From IMG/VR virus record IMGVR_UViG_3300046787_000200, positions 62,001-126,000 of that record: a DNA stretch of 64,000 nucleotides; one strand, 5' to 3'. The first letter of the stretch is position 1. Every line of letters begins with the position of its first letter. This document shows positions 27,333-36,563 of the stretch, piece by piece. The notes below the pieces were generated by a model, which did no database searches, had not been told where the DNA came from, and worked only from the letters and a program-made list of their open reading frames with translations. The position numbers and the translations under genes are program-made.

Positions 27333-28610
27333 ATGAGCGAAGTTCTCTCTCCCAGTAAAAAACGTAGTCGTAGCAAGAAGTTTGAAAATCTTGTAGGTCC
27401 GACAGATAAAAAAGTTGACTTTGATGCACGTGAGCGATTGGTCACTGCCCGTATCGGTCTACTATTGCGTCATTCATTCTTTGGTAATCTTGCAACACGT
27501 ATGCAATTGATTAATGCCGATGAATGGTGTAGTACTGCCGCAACTGACGGCCAGAAGTTCTATTATAATAGTCGCTTCATTATGATGTTGAAGCCTAAAG
27601 AAGTTGAATTCTTGGTAGGTCATGAAGTGTTACACGTGGTGTATGATCACATGGGCCGACGTGATAATCGTGACCCTGAAATCTGGAACATTGCTGATGA
27701 CTATGCAGTTAATGCAGATTTGAAACGTCACAAAGTAGGTCAATTCATTACATCGGTACCTTGCTTGTATGAAACAAAGTATGATGGCAAAGCCGCAGAA
27801 GCAATCTATGATGACTTGATGAAGAATGTTCAAAAGATTGACATTAATTCATTGATTGATCAAATGCTTGATGATCACCTCGATGGTGAAGGTGATGACG
27901 GTGAGGGTGATGGTGAGGGAAATCAAAAGGGTAAAGGTCGTCCCAAGATGACACCTGAAGAACGTGAGCGAGTTCGTCAGGAAGTTAAGCAGGCTATTAT
28001 CAATGCCGCACAAAGTGCAGAAGCAGGTCAATTGCCCTTGGGTGTTGAGCGTTTGATTCGTCAACATACTAACCCTGTGATGCCCTGGCGTGAATTGATT
28101 CAAACGAATTTGACAAGTGCTATTCGTTCAGATTACAGTTGGATGCGCCCCTCACGTAGAGGTTGGCATATGGATGCAATTATGCCTGGTATGAATCCCG
28201 GTGAAGAAATTGATGTTGTTGTATCAATCGATATGTCAGGCTCTATCAGTAACAAACAAGCACAACAGTTCTTGGGTGAGATTGGTGGCATGATGGATTC
28301 GTTTGATGGTTACAAGGTCCATGTATTCTGTTTTGATACTGACACTTACAATCCGAAAGATTTCAGTAGCGAGAATATGGAATTGATTGAAGAATATGAG
28401 CCGATGGGCGGTGGCGGTACTGACTTTGATTGTATCTTCAAGTACTTGAAAGATAATGCTATTGATCCGAAACGATTGATTGTGTTTACAGATGGCTATC
28501 CCTGCGGTAGTTGGGGTGACCCAGACTATTGTGATACTACTTGGATCATTCACGGTGACCCTAATCCGAATCCCCCATTCGGTACATTTGCACTATATGA
28601 CGAGAAGTGA
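27333..28610 (+). CDS. Metallopeptidase-like plus vWA domain protein (DUF2201-like), MoxR partner
   Basis: TAATDG, HEVLH (HExxH), DMSGS MIDAS, GGGGTDF, FTDGY. Confidence 0.88.
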   Translation: MSEVLSPSKKRSRSKKFENLVGPTDKKVDFDARERLVTARIGLLLRHSFFGNLATRMQLINADEWCSTAATDGQKFYYNSRFIMMLKPKEVEFLVGHEVLHVVYDHMGRRDNRDPEIWNIADDYAVNADLKRHKVGQFITSVPCLYETKYDGKAAEAIYDDLMKNVQKIDINSLIDQMLDDHLDGEGDDGEGDGEGNQKGKGRPKMTPEERERVRQEVKQAIINAAQSAEAGQLPLGVERLIRQHTNPVMPWRELIQTNLTSAIRSDYSWMRPSRRGWHMDAIMPGMNPGEEIDVVVSIDMSGSISNKQAQQFLGEIGGMMDSFDGYKVHVFCFDTDTYNPKDFSSENMELIEEYEPMGGGGTDFDCIFKYLKDNAIDPKRLIVFTDGYPCGSWGDPDYCDTTWIIHGDPNPNPPFGTFALYDEK

Positions 28611-28613
28611 TAT

Positions 28614-28724
28614 ATGAGCTGGTTAGATTACATTATAGTTTCATTAATTGGACTAGGATTGATTTGGCTGTTCTTCATTATCGTTATAAAGTTTTTTGGG
28701 ATGATGAAAGACGTAGATGATTAA
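28614..28724 (+). CDS. 36-aa membrane micro-protein (not in ORF track)
   Basis: MSWLDYIIVSLIGLGLIWLFFIIVIKFFG...; fills intergenic gap. Confidence 0.55.
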   Translation: MSWLDYIIVSLIGLGLIWLFFIIVIKFFGMMKDVDD

Positions 28725-28959
28725 ATCTAGTGAGGAAATAATCATCTACGAAAGTCCCGATGGTGGTAAGACGGTCTACTCACGTAAGAGTGGATCGGCT
28801 GACAGAACACTAATTAAAGAAGATACTTCACAAAATTACATTACTAAATGGTATGAGTGGAAAGAGATTCTTAAACTAGCAGAAACAGAACCTTCATTAG
28901 CAAACGCAATTAGTAAAGCAGAGATGTTATATGTCATCCTCAAGAAAGAAGAAAAATAA
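28717..28959 (+). CDS. Hypothetical protein
   Basis: ORF, IYESPDGGKTVYSR motif. Confidence 0.7.
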   Translation: MIKSSEEIIIYESPDGGKTVYSRKSGSADRTLIKEDTSQNYITKWYEWKEILKLAETEPSLANAISKAEMLYVILKKEEK

Positions 28960-29305
28960 ACACTATCTAGCAATGTGGGACTCACAAGGTCTTGAGTGCC
29001 TGTATGATGTTGACCTACATATGAATAGGTATGATGAATGGGAAAAACTAAAAGTTGTTGCTATTCTTAAAGAAGAAAAACTCCCGGCAAAGCCACCTAG
29101 TATTCCATTGCAACATATGATATTACGAGCAAGGGTGAATAGTCAACGATGCTACGAGATTTATGAATTCACTAGCACAATGGGATATAAAGAACTTACT
29201 GAAGTGTTTAATGATTATCCTCAACCCATTGTAGAATGGATTAGAGAGAACGGTAAAAAAGTTTATAGCGACTATGTTAAACAAGATAGAAAGATGATTG
29301 TATGA
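28931..29305 (+). CDS. Hypothetical protein
   Basis: ORF in overlapping gene string. Confidence 0.7.
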   Translation: MSSSRKKKNKHYLAMWDSQGLECLYDVDLHMNRYDEWEKLKVVAILKEEKLPAKPPSIPLQHMILRARVNSQRCYEIYEFTSTMGYKELTEVFNDYPQPIVEWIRENGKKVYSDYVKQDRKMIV

Positions 29306-29727
29306 AGTATATAGGTACTAGTCTAGGTGGTTGTTTGAAAAGTCTCATGGCAGGTGAAGTGTCCATCGATGAGGTTATGTTCATTGTGACACGCACAATG
29401 TGCCCTACATTTGACAAATATATTGATGTAGTTAAGCAATACTATGCAGAAGGTAATCTATATGCACGTAAGCCATCGCAATATGATTTGAGTGAATCAT
29501 CACTGGATGATGTAATTGAGATGGCTAGTAGATTATATTATTTGGGTAAGATTCATCAGCCAAGAGTTTTTGTTGAAGAAGGTGGGTTTGGTGTTGCATA
29601 TCAGCATCCTACTGAATATGGTAATAGTTTGTGGATGCAAGTAGTACCCACTAATACTAACACTACACCTGCAGTAGTCGAAGCTTATGAAAAATATAAA
29701 TTGTTGGATGCGTTGACACGTGACTGA
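29302..29727 (+). CDS. Hypothetical protein
   Basis: ATGA-coupled ORF. Confidence 0.75.
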   Translation: MKYIGTSLGGCLKSLMAGEVSIDEVMFIVTRTMCPTFDKYIDVVKQYYAEGNLYARKPSQYDLSESSLDDVIEMASRLYYLGKIHQPRVFVEEGGFGVAYQHPTEYGNSLWMQVVPTNTNTTPAVVEAYEKYKLLDALTRD

Positions 29728-29965
29728 ATATAATATTGATCCCTACATTTGGTTTGCAAATAGAGAAGTAGAATTCTTACCTAAACATTTTGTATTATCT
29801 AATACCCCATTGTCAATGGATTCCAAGCAATGGGTTTTAGATAAACTAAAAGGTAGATTTTGCGTAGTTCAAACCACTGAGTTTTTTATAATAGATTATT
29901 GTTTGGGTAAGATTGCATTTGAAGATCCTTCTGAAGCAACTTTTTATGAATTAAAATGGTCATGA
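29720..29965 (+). CDS. Small protein of the 'F-x-L(K/R)W' C-terminus family
   Basis: Ends FEDPSEATFYELKWS like the array at 61-64 kb. Confidence 0.7.
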   Translation: MTEYNIDPYIWFANREVEFLPKHFVLSNTPLSMDSKQWVLDKLKGRFCVVQTTEFFIIDYCLGKIAFEDPSEATFYELKWS

Positions 29966-31158
29966 CAAAATTACGTATTCTATTATCCTCAATACTATTT
30001 GTATTAGTAGGATGCGGCGGGGGCGGAACAACTCAACCAGAAGTTACACCCAAACCTACATCGCAGTTTGAAACACCTGTTGTTATACCTACAGACAAAT
30101 TTAGGTTAGCAAAAATTGATTATAGATATGATACACCTAAAAATCAAGTTGATATTAATGGTAATCATACTACTTCATTTGAATCTGTAAAATCTACAAT
30201 TGACAATATTAAGCAGATAGGGTTTAATGGAGTAATTTTTCTACTACAAACGCCAGTAGATAAGAATACAGGTGTTGTAATTACTGATAAACCTATTCCC
30301 AAAGATACATGGAAGTTAGTTGACTATGCAAAATCTCAAGGTCTAAACGTTTGGCTATCGTTACAAATTGTAGATAGTGTTACAGATGTATTATTGACTC
30401 CTAATTTCAATCTTTATACTGAACAATATATGTTTAACAACATTATTGAATATCAACGAAAAATTGCAACAACGGCAGAACAATATAAAGTACAAGGTAT
30501 TTTTATTAGTGAAGGTAATTATAATTTAGAGTCATATGAACATTTGTTTTATTGGCAACAACTAATTACTGAAATTAGAAAAGTCTATTCAGGTAAACTA
30601 TCCTACGCCACTCATATGATGATGCCAACTAGTATTTGGAATCATGTTGATTATGCTAGCATTAATTTAAATGAAACATTGTCTAAGACTCCAAATTACG
30701 ATTTAAAAACTATTATAAATTTTTATTTCAATGATGCGTATAGTAAGAACCAAGTACAATTAATTAAGAACTTCCATATGGTATATGGTAAGAAGTTTAT
30801 ATTGATGACAATGCCTACTATTACTGATATGGGAGTAGGTCACGTCCCTTCTACATTTTGGGAAAATGTAATGAACAATGTTTGGACTGCTATATACACT
30901 CCTCAAACTGACAAGCAAATGCAATTATTGAAAATTCGTGCATTCGTAGAAGTAATTAATAAACATTTGATTGATGTAGTTGATGGTGTAGGGTTTGGTG
31001 AATTTGATCCATGGCTACAGCATGTGAATTTTAGTAAGCAAGGTACCGGAATATATCACTACTATTGCTGTGGCTTTGATCTAACTACTAATGTAGATGC
31101 CCAAAAAACAATCAATTCGTATTTTAGTAAACCATGGGGACATTATACAGTCCAATAA
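29962..31158 (+). CDS. Lipoprotein with glycoside hydrolase-like TIM barrel (GH113-like)
   Basis: Lipobox LVGC-GGGG; YWQQLITEIRKVYSGKLSYA...IWNHVDY. Confidence 0.6.
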   Translation: MTKLRILLSSILFVLVGCGGGGTTQPEVTPKPTSQFETPVVIPTDKFRLAKIDYRYDTPKNQVDINGNHTTSFESVKSTIDNIKQIGFNGVIFLLQTPVDKNTGVVITDKPIPKDTWKLVDYAKSQGLNVWLSLQIVDSVTDVLLTPNFNLYTEQYMFNNIIEYQRKIATTAEQYKVQGIFISEGNYNLESYEHLFYWQQLITEIRKVYSGKLSYATHMMMPTSIWNHVDYASINLNETLSKTPNYDLKTIINFYFNDAYSKNQVQLIKNFHMVYGKKFILMTMPTITDMGVGHVPSTFWENVMNNVWTAIYTPQTDKQMQLLKIRAFVEVINKHLIDVVDGVGFGEFDPWLQHVNFSKQGTGIYHYYCCGFDLTTNVDAQKTINSYFSKPWGHYTVQ

Positions 31159-31219
31159 AAATATTTGACGTAATGATTTTAGTTAAATATGATTAACTTA
31201 TATAAGAGGAGAACACAAT

Positions 31220-31885
31220 ATGAGTTTTACACGACATGTTGGTAAACACGGTGATAGAAAAGTTGCAATAGTATTCAGAGAAGTACCTGGTGAAGCACAC
31301 ATGTGCTTGGTAACATATACTGAGACATTGAATCAACACGTACATGATCCATTAATTAAATGCATTGAATCTGATATCGGTCAGAATAGCGAACATTTAG
31401 CCGATGCATTGAATAGAACATACGCTAAAGATGGTAGACCAATCCTACAAGTATTGCACCTAGAAGGTCAATTAAAGAAAGTTCAAACAAGTCAAATTGT
31501 TATGACACCTTCGCCAAATCAAACGATTCGTTTAGATGAATTGAATAAGATTTTAGATGAGATGCAACAAGGTGAAAGTGCTGTTAAACGTCTACAAGAA
31601 CTAGATGATAGCCGAGGATTACAAGATCCGGCTGATGTAGTCCGTAGAATGCGTGGAAATCAGAATCCAGTCACACCTACTGGTGATTTGCTAGGTGACC
31701 AAGCACTTGCTAAACAACGTATCGATCAGGCACAAAAGATGGAACGTGAAGCTAAAGGCTTAATGGCTGAAGCACAACGTCTAATGGATGAAGCTAAATC
31801 ATTAGATCCATCAGTGGCCCCTGCTCCGGCAGTAGAAGTTAAAGCAACAAAAGCTAGAAAAACTAGAGCAAAAGTTAGTGTCTAA
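31220..31885 (+). CDS. Hypothetical protein with coiled-coil C-terminus
   Basis: Long ORF with GAGGAG SD. Confidence 0.8.
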   Translation: MSFTRHVGKHGDRKVAIVFREVPGEAHMCLVTYTETLNQHVHDPLIKCIESDIGQNSEHLADALNRTYAKDGRPILQVLHLEGQLKKVQTSQIVMTPSPNQTIRLDELNKILDEMQQGESAVKRLQELDDSRGLQDPADVVRRMRGNQNPVTPTGDLLGDQALAKQRIDQAQKMEREAKGLMAEAQRLMDEAKSLDPSVAPAPAVEVKATKARKTRAKVSV

Positions 31886-32181
31886 TGTCACCAGAATTTA
31901 TCGAAAAATGGGAACACATCCTTGAAGATGTTGAGAAAAACAAAATCCCTGTACAATTTATTAAAAAGCTAATTATTAAGCTTCAAGGTAAAAAGCAACA
32001 GACTATCAACATTCAAAAGTTTTTAGAACAAGGATTGGACCCAGAACAAATAGAAGATGCGGTTAGTCGCAAGCTAGATGAACTAGATGAATTGATAGTG
32101 AGTGTAGAATTTATTCTCAATGTTCAAAGTATTGCAGACACGGTACAACCAGAGACAGACAGACTATTAGGTAAATTATGA
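31885..32181 (+). CDS. Hypothetical protein
   Basis: TAATG-coupled ORF. Confidence 0.75.
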   Translation: MSPEFIEKWEHILEDVEKNKIPVQFIKKLIIKLQGKKQQTINIQKFLEQGLDPEQIEDAVSRKLDELDELIVSVEFILNVQSIADTVQPETDRLLGKL

Positions 32182-32633
32182 AATTAATTGTAGCGTGTGA
32201 TCCGAAAGGTGGAATAGGCTATGAAAATAAATTGCCCTGGAGTAAAATCGAGGGCGATTTGCCAAGATTCAAAGAATTGACTAACGGCGGTGTTGTAGTA
32301 ATGGGTAGAAACACATGGGAAAGTCTTCCCTTTAAACCCTTACCCAATAGAATAAATTTTATTGTTACTAGCCAAAAGGGAATGTATCCAAGAAGTTGTT
32401 TTACTATTCCTAGCTTAGATTACATTAGTAATTTCAAAAACGCATGGTTAATAGGTGGAGCCAAACTAATCAATAGTAGTTGGGATGTGATAGATGAAAT
32501 ACATCTTACGAAGACATTTACCGAATATACTTGTGATACCTTCATTAATCTGTTACAATTAGAAAATGATTTTACGTGTTGGTTTAAAGAACAACACAAT
32601 GATCATACTTATGAAATTTGGAAAAGAAAATGA
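32178..32633 (+). CDS. folA: Dihydrofolate reductase
   Basis: IGYENKLPW, DLPRFKELT, VMGRNTWESL, PLPNR, IGGA. Confidence 0.95.
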   Translation: MKLIVACDPKGGIGYENKLPWSKIEGDLPRFKELTNGGVVVMGRNTWESLPFKPLPNRINFIVTSQKGMYPRSCFTIPSLDYISNFKNAWLIGGAKLINSSWDVIDEIHLTKTFTEYTCDTFINLLQLENDFTCWFKEQHNDHTYEIWKRK

Positions 32634-33204
32634 AAGCATACAGTGTTCCGGGACTGTCACAAACTATTGAGCTTGATATTATAAGTAATTGGGCAAAAGA
32701 TGTACCTGCTAATGGTGTAATTGTTGAAGTAGGATCATTGTTCGGTAGAACTTCAGTTGCGTTCGCTGAAGGAGCAGATCCATCAGTTACAATCTATTGT
32801 ATAGATTACTTTGATGAGGTTTGGTCTAGCGATACAACTGACTTACATCCAAAAGGAGTTTTTGAAAAAGGCACAGTATTTCACCGAGGTGATGAATTTA
32901 AAAAATATACTAGTGAGTATAAAAATATAATTCAACTGACTAATAAAAAACTTGTTTACCCGTACGACAAAGAACCAATAGATTTATTTTTTTAGATGCT
33001 ACTCATATGAATCCAAATGATATGCATAATTTGATTTACTTTAAAAAGTTTTTTAAAAAAAATACTTTAATTTGTGGACATGATTATAGTCATAAGTTTT
33101 TTCCTGACGTTGTTAGAAATGTACATATACTAGAATCATTGTATAAAACTAAAGCAAAATTGTATGAACGATCATCTCTATGGTCTATAAGGATACCTGA
33201 ATGA
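32630..33204 (+). pseudogene. Class I SAM methyltransferase split by a -1 frameshift at T7 run (32987-32993)
   Basis: VEVGSLFGRT and CIDYF in first ORF; a -1 shift restores IDLFFLDATH, continuing to ICGHDY. Confidence 0.8.
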
Positions 33205-34100
33205 AACAATATAAAGAATTATTACAAGATATACTAGATAACGGAGAAATTAAAGATGATAGAACTGGTGTTGGCACTTATAGTGTTTTTGGACGTCATA
33301 TTCGCTTTGATTTGCGTAGGGGCTTTCCCGCAGTCACTACTAAGAAACTTGCTTGGAAAGCTTGCGTCGGTGAGCTTCTCTGGTTTATTGAAGGGTCTAG
33401 TGATGAACGTAGATTGGCAGAACTTACCCACGGTACAAGTGAAGGAAAGGTTACTATCTGGACCCCGAATGCACAGGCTCCGTACTGGAAGCCTAAAGCG
33501 AAATTCGAAGGTGATCTTGGCCGTGTATACGGAGTACAATGGCGCCATTGGAACAAAGATACGATTGAGAAAGACATGGGTCCGGCACACAAAGGTGGTA
33601 CACGCCTCGCAGTGGATCGGACGGAAGTCGACCAATTGGCAAATCTCATTAAAGGATTAACTGAAGATCCTAATGGGCGCAGACACATTCTAAGTGCCTG
33701 GAACGTGAGCGAGCTAGACCAAATGGCATTGCCCCCTTGTCACGTTATGAGTCAATTCTATGTTAACAAAAATAAAGAACTATCTTGCCATATGTATCAG
33801 CGTAGTGTTGATGTTTTCTTGGGCTTACCTTTTAACATTGCTTCTTACGCACTACTTACACATCTATTGGCACATCACTGTAATCTGAAAGTAGGTGAAC
33901 TTGTTATTAGTACAGGGGATACACATATCTACCAAGATCACATTGAACAAGTCAAAGAACAATTGCAACGTGAAACTTATCCATTGCCAACGTTAATGTT
34001 GAACGCATCAAAGACTAATATCTTTGAAATGACAATGGCTGATATACATTTGGAAAACTATGAAAGTCATGGACCAATTAAAGCAACTATGGCAGTCTGA
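33201..34100 (+). CDS. thyA: Thymidylate synthase
   Basis: DRTGVGT, ELLWF, YGVQWR, LPPCH, YQRSVDVFLGLPFNIASY, DTHIY. Confidence 0.97.
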   Translation: MKQYKELLQDILDNGEIKDDRTGVGTYSVFGRHIRFDLRRGFPAVTTKKLAWKACVGELLWFIEGSSDERRLAELTHGTSEGKVTIWTPNAQAPYWKPKAKFEGDLGRVYGVQWRHWNKDTIEKDMGPAHKGGTRLAVDRTEVDQLANLIKGLTEDPNGRRHILSAWNVSELDQMALPPCHVMSQFYVNKNKELSCHMYQRSVDVFLGLPFNIASYALLTHLLAHHCNLKVGELVISTGDTHIYQDHIEQVKEQLQRETYPLPTLMLNASKTNIFEMTMADIHLENYESHGPIKATMAV

Positions 34101-34353
34101 TGACGAAGCCAAAACAATCACTTACACAGTTAAAAAACTTAATGTAGGTGATGTTGAAGACCCTGATATTATTGTAGGACAATATATATGGGAGTGGCAA
34201 GAATCTGAAGCAGGTAAATGGATTATGGAAAACTCAAGACCTTTACCTAGTTGGCATCGTAGTATTAATCATGTAACATATGGTTATCAATATGATATCA
34301 GAGCATATCTTACACCTAAACAAATAACTTATTTTGAATTGAAATATAAATGA
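34060..34353 (+). CDS. Hypothetical protein
   Basis: GDVEDPD...GKWIMENS; ends YFELKYK. Confidence 0.7.
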   Translation: MKVMDQLKQLWQSDDEAKTITYTVKKLNVGDVEDPDIIVGQYIWEWQESEAGKWIMENSRPLPSWHRSINHVTYGYQYDIRAYLTPKQITYFELKYK

Positions 34354-35315
34354 ACATTCTAGTAACAGGCGGTCTCGGCCTTATCGGACATCATGTAGTT
34401 AATAAATTAGAATCATTGGGACACGATGTTGTAGTCACTGATACTCGTACTACTTATGGAATTATTCCACAAGATGAGATTGATTATCTAATGTCCGAGC
34501 GTATTAAGAAAATTAAAACTAAACACATATACAATATCGATATCAGTAATGCAGATAGTATTGATTGGTTGATACAAAAACATCAACCTGCAATCGTTAT
34601 TCACATGGCTAGTTTTCCCCGTCAGAAAGTTGTCAATGCTAATCCAGCAATGGGTGCAAGAACAATGATGGAAGGCTTGATGAACCTATGTGAATCAGCT
34701 AAGAAACACAACGTGTGTAAGTTCTTGTATATCAGTAGTTCAATGGTGTATGGTGACTTTACTGACGATGTAACAGAAGATTACAACTGCAAACCGCAAG
34801 GTCAATACGGTATTATGAAACTATCCGGTGAGCATATTGTTAAAGATTATAGCCGTCGTAATTGCTTCAGTCATACTATCATTCGTCCAAGTGCTGTGTA
34901 TGGTCCATTAGATGTTGAGGATCGTGTTATTGCTAAGTTCATGTTGACTGCTATGCGTGGTGGAACACTTAAAGTTAATGGCGCAAGTGAAACATTAGAT
35001 TTTACATATGTAGAAGATGCCGCGGATGGTATTGTAGCTGCCGCACTAAGTGACAACACTACTAATAAAACATATAACATTACAAAGAGCCATAGTCGTA
35101 GTTTGTTAGATGCCGCAAACTTAGCAGTTAAGATTGCAGGTAAAGGTAACATCGAAGTCAAAGATAAAGATGCAGACTTCCCTAGTCGCGGTGCATTGAA
35201 CATCGATCAGGCACGAAAAGACTTTGGCTACGATCCAAAAGTAGATGTAGAAGAAGGATTTCAAAAGTATTATGACTGGCTCAGCAATTCAACATACTGG
35301 CAGAACAAACTATAA
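34350..35315 (+). CDS. NAD-dependent nucleotide-sugar epimerase/dehydratase
   Basis: TGGLGLIG, SSSMVYG, YGIMK, DFTYVED. Confidence 0.92.
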   Translation: MNILVTGGLGLIGHHVVNKLESLGHDVVVTDTRTTYGIIPQDEIDYLMSERIKKIKTKHIYNIDISNADSIDWLIQKHQPAIVIHMASFPRQKVVNANPAMGARTMMEGLMNLCESAKKHNVCKFLYISSSMVYGDFTDDVTEDYNCKPQGQYGIMKLSGEHIVKDYSRRNCFSHTIIRPSAVYGPLDVEDRVIAKFMLTAMRGGTLKVNGASETLDFTYVEDAADGIVAAALSDNTTNKTYNITKSHSRSLLDAANLAVKIAGKGNIEVKDKDADFPSRGALNIDQARKDFGYDPKVDVEEGFQKYYDWLSNSTYWQNKL

Positions 35316-35499
35316 TCAAGTTTATAGGAAAGTAATAAAATTGCCCTGGAATAAATGGTTTGCGTGGTATCCAGTAAGAGTTCATGGAAAATATACATGG
35401 CTTAAAATTGTGTACCGTCGTAGTCTACTTACATATGTTGATATGGATGATTGGTCACGATATGAGTATGGCACAATATTTGATATAATTAAAGAATGA
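35272..35499 (+). CDS. Hypothetical protein (start uncertain)
   Basis: WNKWFAWYPV...WLK; ATGA overlap with next gene. Confidence 0.6.
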   Translation: MTGSAIQHTGRTNYNQVYRKVIKLPWNKWFAWYPVRVHGKYTWLKIVYRRSLLTYVDMDDWSRYEYGTIFDIIKE

Positions 35500-36560
35500 A
35501 CATTCCACACTTTGGATTAGCAAGACAATATAAGAACATTGGTGAAGAGTTGCTTGATGCAAGTCACCGTGCGCTCAAAGACGGGCAATTGGTAGGTGGG
35601 CATTACACTCGTTCTTTTGAAGAATGGCTAAAGTTTAGAACCACAACAAAGTATGCAGTAACAGTTCATAGTGGTACGCAAGCATTAGAGATTATTGCAC
35701 GATATAAAAAGATTAAGCATAGTCAAACAATGGAAGGTAATCCTAAAGCTAGACTTCCTAATCTTACATACCCTGCGACACTTAACGCATTCTTAACTGC
35801 GGGTTGGGATGTTGAGTTAGGGGATACTGACAAGAATGGTATATTACCTCATCACAACAGAGTCGGGGGCATATATGATTGTGTTGTAGGATTTGCAGGA
35901 TTAAGACCATGGCCTAATACTAACTATTATGACAGTCACGGTGTAATTGTTGACGGTGCACAACATTGGTTAGTGTCTGGCGGCATGGTTGGTAGTGGTA
36001 TGGCAATCAGTTTTGACCCCACAAAGAACTTACCAAGCTCAGGCAACGGTGGTGCTATTGTAACAAATGATCACCACTTGTATATGTTTGCATCTTCATA
36101 TAGAGATAACAACAAGCCATCATTTTATGATGTAGGAACTAATAGTAAAATGAGTGAACAAGATTGTGCTCAAATATTAGTTAGAACAAAGTATCTGGAA
36201 GAATGGCAAAAGCGTAGAAGTGAGATAGCAAAGTATTGGTGTGACGCATTTAGAGACCTGCCATTGACTTGTCTATCTGACACAAAAGACCCACACGCAC
36301 ATCAAAAGTTTGTGATGTATTTACCTGATCGTAATAGCTTACACACGCATTTACTAACTGATGGAATCGATAGTAAGATTCATTATGAATATGTGTTAGG
36401 TGATTTGCCAACCGCACAAGATAGAAACATTAGTAGACCTGATTTGTTAAGTACTAGCGTAATGTTGTCTAGAGGCGCACTAAGTCTCCCCATGTACCCA
36501 GAATTAACCGATATTGAAGTTCAATATATTGCTGATAAGGTTGTAGGGTTTTATAAATAG
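35496..36560 (+). CDS. DegT/DnrJ/EryC1/StrS PLP-dependent sugar aminotransferase
   Basis: SGTQAL, VDGAQ, SFDPTKNL, GNGGAIVTND, LSLPMYP; TAG stop. Confidence 0.92.
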   Translation: MNIPHFGLARQYKNIGEELLDASHRALKDGQLVGGHYTRSFEEWLKFRTTTKYAVTVHSGTQALEIIARYKKIKHSQTMEGNPKARLPNLTYPATLNAFLTAGWDVELGDTDKNGILPHHNRVGGIYDCVVGFAGLRPWPNTNYYDSHGVIVDGAQHWLVSGGMVGSGMAISFDPTKNLPSSGNGGAIVTNDHHLYMFASSYRDNNKPSFYDVGTNSKMSEQDCAQILVRTKYLEEWQKRRSEIAKYWCDAFRDLPLTCLSDTKDPHAHQKFVMYLPDRNSLHTHLLTDGIDSKIHYEYVLGDLPTAQDRNISRPDLLSTSVMLSRGALSLPMYPELTDIEVQYIADKVVGFYK

Positions 36561-36563
36561 TTG

